A stretch of DNA of 64,000 nucleotides from an uncultured Desulfobacterales bacterium (lineage in GTDB: Bacteria > Desulfobacterota > Desulfobacteria > Desulfobacterales > Desulfobacteraceae). Under the pieces are notes generated by a model that worked only from the letters and a program-made list of their open reading frames with translations, did no database searches and had not been told where the DNA came from. This document shows positions 49,602 to 59,443 of this stretch, piece by piece. The translations under genes and the position numbers were made by a program. The stretch is taken from the NCBI GenBank assembly GCA_964612755.1, contig CAZTEM010000001.1, forward strand, positions 6,232 to 70,231. Direction: 5' to 3'. Every line of letters begins with the position of its first letter. Position 1 is the first letter of the stretch.

Positions 49602-50558
49602 ATGAAAACAATATCATTTGAAAAAATTGAAAATGTAAGGGAACTTTTTGGACAACACAACTCCAATCTCACAAGTATAGCACAAAAAACCGGGACAACA
49701 ATTAATTCAAGGGGGAATACAATTTCAATTACAGGCAAGGATGACGCAATCATTCTTGCTGAAATTGTGCTTAAACAATTTTATCATTTAATTGATAATA
49801 ATTTTTCCATAGAATCTGCTGATATTGAGGCAGCTGTAAATACATTAAAAAATGATATTACCTGTGATATCAAATCAATTTTTTTAAATACAATTATTAC
49901 AACAGATAATGGAAGACCCATTGCGCCCAAAACTGCAAATCAGAAAAAATATGTTGAAGCATCAAAAGATAATGATATCCTGTTTGCAATAGGACCTGCC
50001 GGCACAGGCAAAACATATCTTGCAATGGCAATGGCTGTAGCTGCGTTTTCCAGAGGAGAAGTAAAAAAAATTATTCTTACACGACCTGCTGTTGAGGCAG
50101 GTGAAGCTCTAGGGTTCCTGCCCGGGGACCTTGCAGAAAAAATCAACCCGTATTTAAGACCCCTATACGATGCTCTATATGAAATGCTCAGTTTTCAAAA
50201 GGCACAGGCTCTGCTTGAGCAGGGCATGATTGAAGTTGCGCCTCTGGCTTTTATGCGTGGCAGAACATTAAACAATGCATTTATAATACTTGACGAGGCA
50301 CAAAACACTACTTCTGAACAAATGAAAATGTTTTTAACAAGAATTGGTTTTTTTTCCCGTGCTATTATCACAGGGGACATAACTCAGACCGATCTTCCCG
50401 CAAACAAAAAATCAGGGCTTGTTGAAGCAAAGAACTTACTTTATAATATAAAAGGAATTAAGATTTTACATTTTTCTAAAAATGATATAGTAAGGCATGA
50501 GCTTGTGTCTAAAATAATTGAAGCTTATGAACAAAAAAATACTTCAAAAAATAAATAA
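49602..50558 (+). CDS. phoH: PhoH-family ATPase (YbeZ-like)
   Basis: GPAGTGKTYLA Walker A, ILDEAQN Walker B, ITGDITQTDLP. I preferred the ATG at 49602 (M7 of the track ORF). Confidence 0.9.
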   Translation: MKTISFEKIENVRELFGQHNSNLTSIAQKTGTTINSRGNTISITGKDDAIILAEIVLKQFYHLIDNNFSIESADIEAAVNTLKNDITCDIKSIFLNTIITTDNGRPIAPKTANQKKYVEASKDNDILFAIGPAGTGKTYLAMAMAVAAFSRGEVKKIILTRPAVEAGEALGFLPGDLAEKINPYLRPLYDALYEMLSFQKAQALLEQGMIEVAPLAFMRGRTLNNAFIILDEAQNTTSEQMKMFLTRIGFFSRAIITGDITQTDLPANKKSGLVEAKNLLYNIKGIKILHFSKNDIVRHELVSKIIEAYEQKNTSKNK

Positions 50559-52938
50559 ACCAGACTCGGTAGAAGCCTTTCTTGAGTCCAAATCCACCAT
50601 ATTATGGGGCATCCTCATACTTGTCACCCTTGTCTTTACCCTGGTTTTCTACCCAGGCAAAAACAATTTTATTACATCCTACACCATTGGTGATGTTGCC
50701 ACTGAAGACATAAAAGCACCAAAAGATTTTTTTATTGAAGACAAAGAAGCCACACAAAAAAAAATTGATGAAATAAAAAACTCTGTGAGGATTGTCTATG
50801 ATTTTGATGCTAACCTGAAAAATGAAATTGCCGACGGGGTAAAAACCAATTTTGCTGATCTGAGAAAACTTATTTTAAACAGGAATACAAATAATCCTGA
50901 AACGTCACCCCCCTCATTTGAAACAATTCTAAGAAAGAAAAAAAATTTTGAGGAAACACTTGGCATAAAAATCAGCAATGGTGCTTTTAAGGTCCTGTAT
51001 AAGAATAAATTCTCCCAGGATATTGCAAACAAAATTATTATCATTATATCCAAAATACTCAAAACCGGAGTTGTAGCAAACAAAAACCTTCTTTTAAAAG
51101 AAAAAGATAAAGGCATAATTCTTAAAACCATTGGCTCATCTCAAGAGGAACTTGTTACAAAACTTAAAGCCTATTATGGCATAGAACAAGCAGAAACAAT
51201 GGTCCGAATTATTGGAGACCCTCTTTTACGGAATATCAATTATAACCTTAACAATTGTATTGTAGATGTCTGTCAACTCCTTATTCGTCCCAATATTACC
51301 GTAAATAAAAACGAAACAAAACTACGCATTGAAAAGGCTATCTCTGAAATCAAACCCATATTATACAAAATAAAAGCAGGTGAAATGATCTTAAGAGAGG
51401 GAGAAATAGTCACCAAATTAAAATTAATAAAACTTAATGCCCTTCAAAATCAGATAAAAGATAGCAACCTGTTTTTAAAAAGCACGGGAACAGCTCTTGT
51501 TACCTTTTTATGTCTCATTGTCCTCTATATTCTTTTTCTGAAAGATCATACAGAACTTAAAAAAAATCATAATAAAAATATGGCATTTATTGCTTTTATA
51601 CTTGTAATTTTCCTTTTAATGGCAAAGCTTTCAATCCCCATGGCAAACTTTTCTGTGCCGGCAGCCAGTTCAGCAAGTAAAGGGCTATCCACAAGCATGT
51701 CTTCTGTACCGATATTCATGGGTATTCCGCTTCCGGCAGGAGCAATGACAATATGTTTTTTCCTGGGGTTTGAAATTGCATTGTTTTTTGCCATTGCCCT
51801 TTCTATCCTGACAGCTTTACTTTTTTCAAGCAGTTTGCAGGTTTTTATTTTCTTCTTTTTTTCCGGCATTGTCGGTGCTTTCTGGATAAAAGAATGTAAA
51901 GAAAGAAAAGATTTTATAATAGGAGGCTTTAAGCTCGGAGTTTTTAATATATTTATAATCTTTGCAATCAGTGTATATTCCACTGAACAGCCCCATATAA
52001 TAACTATTATAAAAGAAATTGCTCTTGCTTTTTCAGGAGGCATAGTTGCAGGAATTATCAGTGCGGGGTTAACTCCGTTAATAGAAATGTTTTTTGGCTA
52101 CACAACAGAAATCAAACTATTGGAATTTGCCAATCTTGATCAACCTATTTTAAAAAGACTTATGATAGAAGCTCCCGGCACTTATAACCATAGTGTTATT
52201 GTAGCAACTCTTGCTGAAGCTGCAGCATCTGCCATAGGAGCCAGTAGCCTAAAAACAAAGGTCTGCGCATACTATCATGATATAGGTAAATTAGGTCAGC
52301 CCCAGTATTTTATTGAAAACCAGACAAACGGGAAAAACAGGCATGACAAAATATCTCCAAGTATGTCTGCACTTATCCTTATTAAACATGTTAAAAAAGG
52401 TGTGGAACTGGCCGAAGAAAACAAATTAAGCATTGAGATAGTTGATACGATTAAACAACACCATGGCACCACATTAATTAAATATTTTTATAACAAACAG
52501 CAGGAAAGCCAGAAAGGTGAAGAACAGATTGATGAAGCCAATTTCAGATATCCAGGTCCAAAACCTCAGACAAGGGAAGCCGGGATTGTAATGTTAGCCG
52601 ATGTTGTCGAAGCTGCCACAAGGACTTTGGAACGCCCCACGCCTGCGAGGATACAAGGTAAAGTAAAAGATCTTATAAATAGTATATTTGCCGATGGACA
52701 ACTTGACGAATGCGAGCTTACCCTAAAAGACTTACATGAAATAGCAAAACATTTTAACACAATTATAACAGGCATATATCACAGCAGAATCGAATACCCT
52801 GAAAAGACAAAGGAAATTAAAAATAAGAAAAATGGAAAATCAAAAGATATTGATAAGCAACAACCAAAATCTGAAAAACCTGCAAAAGGACAAAATCAGC
52901 AAAAAGATAGCACTGATCTTAAACGCCTTGGGCTATGA
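50527..52938 (+). CDS. 7TM-receptor HD-domain phosphohydrolase (PgpH/YqfF family)
   Basis: Extracellular N-domain, 7 TM segments, HD domain (HSVIVATLAE...YYHDIGK...KQHHGT). ATG at 50527. Confidence 0.85.
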   Translation: MNKKILQKINKPDSVEAFLESKSTILWGILILVTLVFTLVFYPGKNNFITSYTIGDVATEDIKAPKDFFIEDKEATQKKIDEIKNSVRIVYDFDANLKNEIADGVKTNFADLRKLILNRNTNNPETSPPSFETILRKKKNFEETLGIKISNGAFKVLYKNKFSQDIANKIIIIISKILKTGVVANKNLLLKEKDKGIILKTIGSSQEELVTKLKAYYGIEQAETMVRIIGDPLLRNINYNLNNCIVDVCQLLIRPNITVNKNETKLRIEKAISEIKPILYKIKAGEMILREGEIVTKLKLIKLNALQNQIKDSNLFLKSTGTALVTFLCLIVLYILFLKDHTELKKNHNKNMAFIAFILVIFLLMAKLSIPMANFSVPAASSASKGLSTSMSSVPIFMGIPLPAGAMTICFFLGFEIALFFAIALSILTALLFSSSLQVFIFFFFSGIVGAFWIKECKERKDFIIGGFKLGVFNIFIIFAISVYSTEQPHIITIIKEIALAFSGGIVAGIISAGLTPLIEMFFGYTTEIKLLEFANLDQPILKRLMIEAPGTYNHSVIVATLAEAAASAIGASSLKTKVCAYYHDIGKLGQPQYFIENQTNGKNRHDKISPSMSALILIKHVKKGVELAEENKLSIEIVDTIKQHHGTTLIKYFYNKQQESQKGEEQIDEANFRYPGPKPQTREAGIVMLADVVEAATRTLERPTPARIQGKVKDLINSIFADGQLDECELTLKDLHEIAKHFNTIITGIYHSRIEYPEKTKEIKNKKNGKSKDIDKQQPKSEKPAKGQNQQKDSTDLKRLGL

Positions 52939-53320
52939 CGACCATGAAATTTCCATTGTTTTCACTGATAACGCTGAAATTACTGAACTGAACAAAACAT
53001 TCCGAGGACTCAGGAAACCAACAAATGTACTTTCTTTTCCCATGCTTGAAAATATCAATGATAGTACAGATACTCAAATCATTTCTCCTGAAATAAATCT
53101 TTTGGGGGATATTGTAATCTCCATTGAAACAGCTTTAAAAGAAGCACTCGATGGAAAAATCACCTTAAACCAAAGGATATCTCAACTCCTTGTTCATGGG
53201 ATCCTCCATCTGATTGGTTATGATCATACAAAAGGAGAAGAAGAATTTTTAAAAATGGAACAAAAAAGCTTAGAACTTTTAAAAATAATTGAGGATGATA
53301 AAAATCTTAATGCTTTTTAA
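52832..53320 (+). CDS. ybeY: rRNA maturation endoribonuclease YbeY
   Basis: HGILHLIGYDH zinc motif and PTNVLSFP. The N-terminus overlaps the preceding gene by about 107 nt. Confidence 0.88.
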   Translation: MENQKILISNNQNLKNLQKDKISKKIALILNALGYDDHEISIVFTDNAEITELNKTFRGLRKPTNVLSFPMLENINDSTDTQIISPEINLLGDIVISIETALKEALDGKITLNQRISQLLVHGILHLIGYDHTKGEEEFLKMEQKSLELLKIIEDDKNLNAF

Positions 53321-53348
53321 CAGATTATAATTTAAAGGAGACTATATA

Positions 53349-54068
53349 ATGGCATATCTTGCAGTGAATGTTGATCATGTTGCAACCTTAAGAGAAGCTC
53401 GGGGAGCAAAATACCCTGAACCTGTAGCTGCTGCCATTGCAGCTGAAACTGCCGGAGCTGACGGAATTGTTGTCCATTTAAGAGGAGACCGACGTCATAT
53501 CCAGGAAAGGGATGTAAAATTATTAAGGCAGATTGTAAAAACTAAACTTATACTTGAAATGGCTGCAACTCCTGAAATGTTAGGCATTGCCCTTGATATT
53601 AAGCCAGATGTGGTCACCTTAGTACCGGAAACAAGAGAAGAGCTTACAACTGAAGGTGGACTTGACATTATCAGCCATCAAGACAATATAAAAAATGCTG
53701 TTGCAACACTGAAAAATAATGATATTGATGTCTGCATCTTTATTGATCCTGACTTTGATCAGATCAAATTAGCTCACAGGATTAATGCAGATATGATTGA
53801 AATTCATACAGGGGCTTTTTGTGATGCTGATTCCCCACAAAAAAAAGCTGCTGAATTTTCACGCATTGTTGATGCTGTTAAAATTGGATATAAGCTTAAA
53901 CTTTTAGTAAACGCGGGTCATGGTATCTGTTACAACACCATTAAAGCATTTAAAGGATTAGTTGAATTAAATGAATTCAGTATAGGACATAGTATTATAT
54001 CAAGAGCTGTTATGACAGGCATGGATCAAGCTGTTAAAGACATGGTTCAATTGATAAAGGAATTATAA
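53349..54068 (+). CDS. pdxJ: pyridoxine 5'-phosphate synthase
   Basis: LAVNVDHVATLREARG, HLRGDRRHI, EIHTG. Confidence 0.93.
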   Translation: MAYLAVNVDHVATLREARGAKYPEPVAAAIAAETAGADGIVVHLRGDRRHIQERDVKLLRQIVKTKLILEMAATPEMLGIALDIKPDVVTLVPETREELTTEGGLDIISHQDNIKNAVATLKNNDIDVCIFIDPDFDQIKLAHRINADMIEIHTGAFCDADSPQKKAAEFSRIVDAVKIGYKLKLLVNAGHGICYNTIKAFKGLVELNEFSIGHSIISRAVMTGMDQAVKDMVQLIKEL

Positions 54069-54205
54069 TATTTCAAAAATATAATATAATTGATTCTCCA
54101 TAACAATCCTTATAAAACTTTTACATGAAAACTCAAGGATACATCTATCCTGACTTCCAAATAAAATTATCATTAAATATCAACTGGTTATGATAAATAC
54201 AATAA

Positions 54206-54221
54206 TGGCACCTCTTTTGCT
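54206..54221 (+). promoter_or_regulatory. sigma-54 (-24/-12) promoter
   Basis: TGGCAC-ctctt-TTGCT, an exact match to TGGCAC-N5-TTGCW, about 65 nt upstream of the ATG at 54288. Confidence 0.75.
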
Positions 54222-54287
54222 ATATTATTAAACCGGTTAGGGATTTTTTTTTGATTAATCTATTTAATTTTAATTTAGGAGGTAAAT

Positions 54288-54476
54288 ATGTCTGATGAAA
54301 ATACCCATAAAACATTTGGATCATTATCAGGTGATGAACTTGATACAAGCAGTGTCCTTGAAGGAGCAGAACCCTGGGAGCCCATTGAAACCAAACTTGT
54401 AATAGGCTCACTGATCTGTGCCCTCATTGCCCTGGTTATTGGTCTTGCCATTGTGCCTACATCTGTATTTCACTAA
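54288..54476 (+). CDS. 62-aa single-pass membrane protein, unknown function
   Basis: AGGAGG SD. Acidic N-terminal half then one TM (LVIGSLICALIALVIGLAIV). Confidence 0.7.
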   Translation: MSDENTHKTFGSLSGDELDTSSVLEGAEPWEPIETKLVIGSLICALIALVIGLAIVPTSVFH

Positions 54477-54487
54477 GGGGGATTCCC

Positions 54488-54781
54488 ATGTCATTGTTTT
54501 CTATATTCAAAAAAAAGAAAAAAAAGAAAATGGTGGAAATGATCCTGGATCATGATGGAAAAAACTGGATTGTTTCCAATGAAACCATAAAACTTTCAGC
54601 TTCATCCCTTGAAAGTCTTGACAAAAAATTAGAACAGGCCATGGAAAAAGAATTGCAAAACCGCAATTCCATAAACATTTTTATGAGTTTTAATAATAAT
54701 GTTATCCCCATGTGGATACGCCCCTATATGAATCACTATTTTAACCGCATTCTGGAGCTACCACTCCAGTATCAGTCATAA
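54488..54781 (+). CDS. 97-aa hypothetical protein with an N-terminal K7 tract
   Basis: AAGGGGGA SD 5 nt before the ATG. MSLFSIFKKKKKKKMVEM... An alternative start is the ATG at 54530. Confidence 0.6.
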   Translation: MSLFSIFKKKKKKKMVEMILDHDGKNWIVSNETIKLSASSLESLDKKLEQAMEKELQNRNSINIFMSFNNNVIPMWIRPYMNHYFNRILELPLQYQS

Positions 54782-54793
54782 AGGAGAATATAT

Positions 54794-56437
54794 ATGGTAA
54801 AAACACAAAGATCCTGGTATTCGGGAATGGCGACCACCGAAGACTGGTGGGCAGTATGGCTTGGACTTGCCTTTTTTGCCCTAGGTCTTCTAACACTATC
54901 TGGTATTGATCTTGTAGGCTGGATTTCATATCCGAAAATCTGGGTGGCAAGCCTGCCTGATGGCGCTGTTGCTAAAAAAATTGTTACCATGGACAAAGCT
55001 TTTTATGCACTTGGAGGTAAATATAGCTTAACAGCCAAAGGGTTCTATAAAGCACTTGGTCCTATTGGTTCTATTTTTGTAACCTATATTGTCTTTACTA
55101 TTGCCACTACCATTGGTGCATATTTCCAGAAATGGAATGTTAAAAAATTTTTAATTGGCTGGACAATTATATTTTTCCTTACCTATCTTGTCTGGTTCCT
55201 GGGTCATAATGCTTTTTTTGCTGCATCTGCAGTGGACTTGAAAAAAAGTCATTTCCCCCTGGGCACTTTTACACTTTCCCTGGGTGGTGGAGCATCTTTT
55301 ATTTTAGCCCTTATTGTAGGTCTGATAATTGGTAATTTTTTTAAACCTCTGGCACATTATCTAAGTGAAGCTGCCAAACCAGAATGGTATATTAAAACAG
55401 CTATTGTTTTTCTTGGTGTGAAAGTTGGGTATCTACCCATTAAAGCTGTTCTGACCGGCTCAAAATTAGGCGCCCATGGAGCAGAAATCGGTCAGCAGAT
55501 GGCTCATCTTACATTTGAACTTTTTACAGCAGGTGCTGCTGCCACAATTGTGGCTTACCTGATTTTCTGGCCCGGTGTTTATACAATTTCCAGATTGATC
55601 TTTAAACTTCCCCGCAAGACTGCTGCTGTTCTCGGCTCAGCCATTTCAATATGTGGTGTTTCCGCAGCAGTTGCAACAGGCGGTGCTGTTCGTGCCCGCC
55701 CTGTAGTCTCCATCATGGTTTCTGCTTTGGTTGTAGTCTATGCAGTAATTGAACTGGTTGTTCTGCCAGGATTTTTCACCCATTTCTGGCCGGGAACAGG
55801 TGATCCCATTGTTGCAGGTTCTGCCATGGGTATGGCAGTAAAAACAGATGGTGCAGACGCAGCAGCAGGCGAGCTCCTTGACGAATTCATGCGAGCCAAG
55901 GTTGAGCAGGAATCCAATGGGAAAATAGTATGGATGCCTGGTGTCATCACAACCAGCGCAGTAATGACAAAAATCTGGATTGATATGTTTATAGGACTCT
56001 GGGCATTTATTCTTGCCCTGTTCTGGGTTTATAAAATCGAAAAACATGAAGGGGATCGAGTTCCGTTTTCTGAAGTCTGGTTCCGTTTTCCAAAATTTGT
56101 CCTGGGTTATTTTGCTGCCTGGTGGATTTACCTTGGTATCTTTTTCGGACCGGGTCAATCCGGCACAACACCAGATGGTCTTGCCATACTTAAAAATGCC
56201 AAAGTCGGAGCCATTGCCGTAGAAAAAGGTATGAGAAAACTCTTTTTCATGTTGACCTTTATGAGTCTTGGTATTATTACTGATTTCAAAAAACTTGCCG
56301 AGGCTCAATTTGGAAAAATGGTATGGGTGTACTTTATTTCATTATTTTTCTTTATTATTCCCGTAGCCATCATCGTAGCTTACCTGTTCCATCATGGAAT
56401 GCAGATTCCAAACATGGCAGGCGCTGTTATAAACTAA
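54794..56437 (+). CDS. extended YeiH/UPF0324-like integral membrane transporter (putative sulfate-exporter family)
   Basis: AAGGAG SD and many TM segments. GSAISICGVSAAVATGGAV resembles the family's conserved ICG.SA block. 547 aa. Confidence 0.65.
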   Translation: MVKTQRSWYSGMATTEDWWAVWLGLAFFALGLLTLSGIDLVGWISYPKIWVASLPDGAVAKKIVTMDKAFYALGGKYSLTAKGFYKALGPIGSIFVTYIVFTIATTIGAYFQKWNVKKFLIGWTIIFFLTYLVWFLGHNAFFAASAVDLKKSHFPLGTFTLSLGGGASFILALIVGLIIGNFFKPLAHYLSEAAKPEWYIKTAIVFLGVKVGYLPIKAVLTGSKLGAHGAEIGQQMAHLTFELFTAGAAATIVAYLIFWPGVYTISRLIFKLPRKTAAVLGSAISICGVSAAVATGGAVRARPVVSIMVSALVVVYAVIELVVLPGFFTHFWPGTGDPIVAGSAMGMAVKTDGADAAAGELLDEFMRAKVEQESNGKIVWMPGVITTSAVMTKIWIDMFIGLWAFILALFWVYKIEKHEGDRVPFSEVWFRFPKFVLGYFAAWWIYLGIFFGPGQSGTTPDGLAILKNAKVGAIAVEKGMRKLFFMLTFMSLGIITDFKKLAEAQFGKMVWVYFISLFFFIIPVAIIVAYLFHHGMQIPNMAGAVIN

Positions 56438-56447
56438 TAATTTTTTT

Positions 56448-56479
56448 GTCTCAACCCGAAATTTTTCACGGGTTGAGAC
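56448..56479 (+). terminator. rho-independent terminator
   Basis: GTCTCAACCCG - 10-nt loop - CGGGTTGAGAC, followed by AAATTTTTT. Confidence 0.65.
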
Positions 56480-56504
56480 AAATTTTTTAAATTGGTTATT
56501 ATAT

Positions 56505-56879
56505 ATGAATCCAATAAATTTGATTGCTTTATTCTATTTTGCAGTTGGATGCTCCTTTATCTATTTTTTTCAAAAACGGCGCAAGGGTGTTGCCTCTATT
56601 GGGAATGACCTTTTGCCAGAATTATCAAACAAAGATTTAAAAGATCTAAAGATTCTTTTAAAAACCGCCTATGAAAGGATGTTGTATTTGGGTGTACTCT
56701 TCATTCCCCTCGCCTTTTCAACCTTTCAAGGTGGGGATAGAGTAAGCAGTATCTTTTTCCTGCTGCTGATTGGTCTGCTATTTATATCTAATATTATGCC
56801 ACGGCATAAAATCGTAAAATTGCTTGAAAACAATGGTCTTTCACTTAATGTTCTGCAAGAAAGAGGAATTAAATTATAA
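56505..56879 (+). CDS. 124-aa membrane protein, unknown function
   Basis: Three hydrophobic segments. No recognised family. Confidence 0.55.
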   Translation: MNPINLIALFYFAVGCSFIYFFQKRRKGVASIGNDLLPELSNKDLKDLKILLKTAYERMLYLGVLFIPLAFSTFQGGDRVSSIFFLLLIGLLFISNIMPRHKIVKLLENNGLSLNVLQERGIKL

Positions 56880-57016
56880 TTTTGACAAACAAAAACTGAT
56901 AACTTAAGTTTACACTACCTATACAAAAGGCTACACCTGTAACATATAAGCTTGTTTTTTTCCATAAGAACCTCTATTGTAGCATATAATCTAAAAATAA
57001 AAGGCTGACAATATAT

Positions 57017-59443
57017 ATGGGTGGCTTAAATTTACGGCTTAAATTTATTATAGGACTTGTAATGTTTGCTTTAGGTCTCGGGCTTTGCATTACTGTCATT
57101 ATATATTTCCATTTTAATTCCATATTAAAATCTGAAATCAGTCAGAGATCCCAACTTGTACTTGCAATGTCCAATGCCATTCAAGACTATGTGAAAAATC
57201 AACTGAGACCTGAAATGTTCAACACTCTTCCCAAAGGCAGATTTGTTCTCAAGGCAATGTCCTCATCATATATTTCCAGAGAAATCATGGCTCAGCTTAA
57301 CATGGAAGACACATCAGGATACCATTATCGACGTGTTTCCATGCGGCCTCGGAACCCTGAGTCAAGTCCTGATGAATTTGAATCAAGACTGATTCAAATG
57401 TTTGACCAGAATAAAGAGATTAAAACCTGGGAAGATAATACCTATGTAAAAGGAAAAAAATATCATCTGGTGGCAAGACCTGTAACATTTACAAAATCAT
57501 GTATGCAATGCCATGGTAATCCTGAGGATGCTCCCAAAGAACTGATCAAGATATATGGGGATCAACATGGATTCCACTACATTCCGGGTCAGGTTGGAGG
57601 GGTAGTGGTTGCAGGTTTTCCAGTTGATTTGATCAGAGCTCCGGTAATGAATGCAACCTTGAATTATCTTGGTTTATATCTCCTGGGAATCACATTGTTT
57701 GCAGGTCTGATAAGCCTATTTTTCGATCATCTTGTAATGAAAAACCTCCATGAGCTCACCCACATTTTCAGAACCAGATTTTCCGGAGCGCAAGAGCAGA
57801 GTATTATTGACAAACTGGGACAAAAAGATGAAATAGAAGGTCTAGTCGAAGGCGTGGATGAATTGGCTGGCTGTCTGTCCGATGCCAGGGACAAACTGGA
57901 AGATTATGCCACAAATCTTGAGGATAAAGTAAAAGAGCGGACAAACAAATTAAAAGATGAATCAAAACGCCATTTATCTGATGTCCACCTTTTTGTAAGC
58001 CTGCTTTCAGGATTTTCCGAATCCCAAAATATCCTTCAACTGATTACCAACGTTCTAAAAGAAGTGGGAAAGCGATTCTGTGCACATCAGGTTATTTATC
58101 ACTGCACTGTTGTTTCAGACAAATTTTATACATGGAAACCTGATCCTCAACCCATTGTGTTAGAAGAGGATATCAAAAAAATTTTATGGAGCAACAAGAT
58201 TATTTTTAAAAAAAATAAATTATATATTCCTGTTAATTCCCCTGAAAGCCATTGGGGCATATTGTGTATCTCATGGATCAAATTCCCTCAAGATCAGACC
58301 CTTGATTCTGACGTGCTTCTTGCAATGGGAATGCAAATGGGCATTTTATTGGAAAACATTCAAGCCTTTTCCAATATTCGGCTCCAGAACGATATGCTTC
58401 AATCTATTTTTGAAGGCATTTCAGATCCCCTGCTGCTTATTGATAAAGATTGCCATATTATTATTGCAAATAAAGGGAGCCGCAAAATACTCGGTAAAAC
58501 CACACGCAAAGTTCAGGCAGAAAAACTCAGAGCCTTTCTTTGCCGGGGAACCCGACCTGATTTTTCCTGCAATATACTTGATCAAGTAATTCAACAAAGG
58601 AATCTCATCAGAGAAGAGATCAAAACCCTGGAAAATAAATATTTTTCCATTGAATTATACCCTTTACCAAAACAATCCCAGCAACCATTAAAAATTGTTG
58701 TTTATGCAAGGGAAATCACTCTTGAAAAACAAATGGTTGAACAAATGCAGCAGACCGAGCGCTTAAGCGCCATTGGGAAGCTTGCAGCCGGAATTGCCCA
58801 TGAAATAAACAACCCATTGGGTGTTATACAATGCTATACTGATCTTGTAAAAGATGCTGTTAAAGACCTTGATATTATCAATGATCTTGGTGTTATTTCA
58901 AAACATACAAAAGCAGTGCAAAAGGTGATACAGGATCTGCTCAACCTTTCCCGACCCAAAGAAATTATTTCCGGTCGATGTAATATTAATAAAGTTGTTA
59001 TTGATATTCTTGAAATATTTAAAGCCCAGGGGGCATCAAAAAATATCCAGATTTCTTTAAAAACCCGGGCAAACCTGCCTGATATTAAATGTGATGCAGC
59101 AATACTTGAACAAATTTTAACAAATCTATGGTTAAATGCCTTTGATGCCCTCCAGAACATGGAAGGGATTATTACAATCCATACACGTTTACAAGAGCAT
59201 GCAGCAATGGTGGAATTATGCGTGGAAGATAATGGCATAGGAATTCCAGAGGATGTAATTCCCCAGATATTTGACCCTTTTTATACAACAAAAGATGTGG
59301 GCAAAGGAACAGGCTTAGGTCTGTGTGTTGTTTATGGATTTGTTAATGAACTTGGCGGAGAGATTGATGTGAAAAGTGATGAGACCACGCGATTTTATAT
59401 ATCTTTTCCCATTGCAAATAATGCCGGGAGCAAAATAAAATGA
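57017..59443 (+). CDS. sensor histidine kinase with DUF3365-type c-heme periplasmic domain, GAF/PAS, HisKA and HATPase
   Basis: TM, then CXXCH (SCMQCHG), then TM. H-box AAGIAHEINNPL and G-boxes DNGIGI / GTGLGL. Confidence 0.88.
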   Translation: MGGLNLRLKFIIGLVMFALGLGLCITVIIYFHFNSILKSEISQRSQLVLAMSNAIQDYVKNQLRPEMFNTLPKGRFVLKAMSSSYISREIMAQLNMEDTSGYHYRRVSMRPRNPESSPDEFESRLIQMFDQNKEIKTWEDNTYVKGKKYHLVARPVTFTKSCMQCHGNPEDAPKELIKIYGDQHGFHYIPGQVGGVVVAGFPVDLIRAPVMNATLNYLGLYLLGITLFAGLISLFFDHLVMKNLHELTHIFRTRFSGAQEQSIIDKLGQKDEIEGLVEGVDELAGCLSDARDKLEDYATNLEDKVKERTNKLKDESKRHLSDVHLFVSLLSGFSESQNILQLITNVLKEVGKRFCAHQVIYHCTVVSDKFYTWKPDPQPIVLEEDIKKILWSNKIIFKKNKLYIPVNSPESHWGILCISWIKFPQDQTLDSDVLLAMGMQMGILLENIQAFSNIRLQNDMLQSIFEGISDPLLLIDKDCHIIIANKGSRKILGKTTRKVQAEKLRAFLCRGTRPDFSCNILDQVIQQRNLIREEIKTLENKYFSIELYPLPKQSQQPLKIVVYAREITLEKQMVEQMQQTERLSAIGKLAAGIAHEINNPLGVIQCYTDLVKDAVKDLDIINDLGVISKHTKAVQKVIQDLLNLSRPKEIISGRCNINKVVIDILEIFKAQGASKNIQISLKTRANLPDIKCDAAILEQILTNLWLNAFDALQNMEGIITIHTRLQEHAAMVELCVEDNGIGIPEDVIPQIFDPFYTTKDVGKGTGLGLCVVYGFVNELGGEIDVKSDETTRFYISFPIANNAGSKIK

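Noticed and set aside
55646-56308. 220-aa Cys/His-rich minus-strand ORF (with others at 55738-55950 and 56013-56222)
   Set aside because: It is antisense or off-frame within the YeiH-like transporter gene, whose frame shows coherent TM-helix periodicity. There is no SD.
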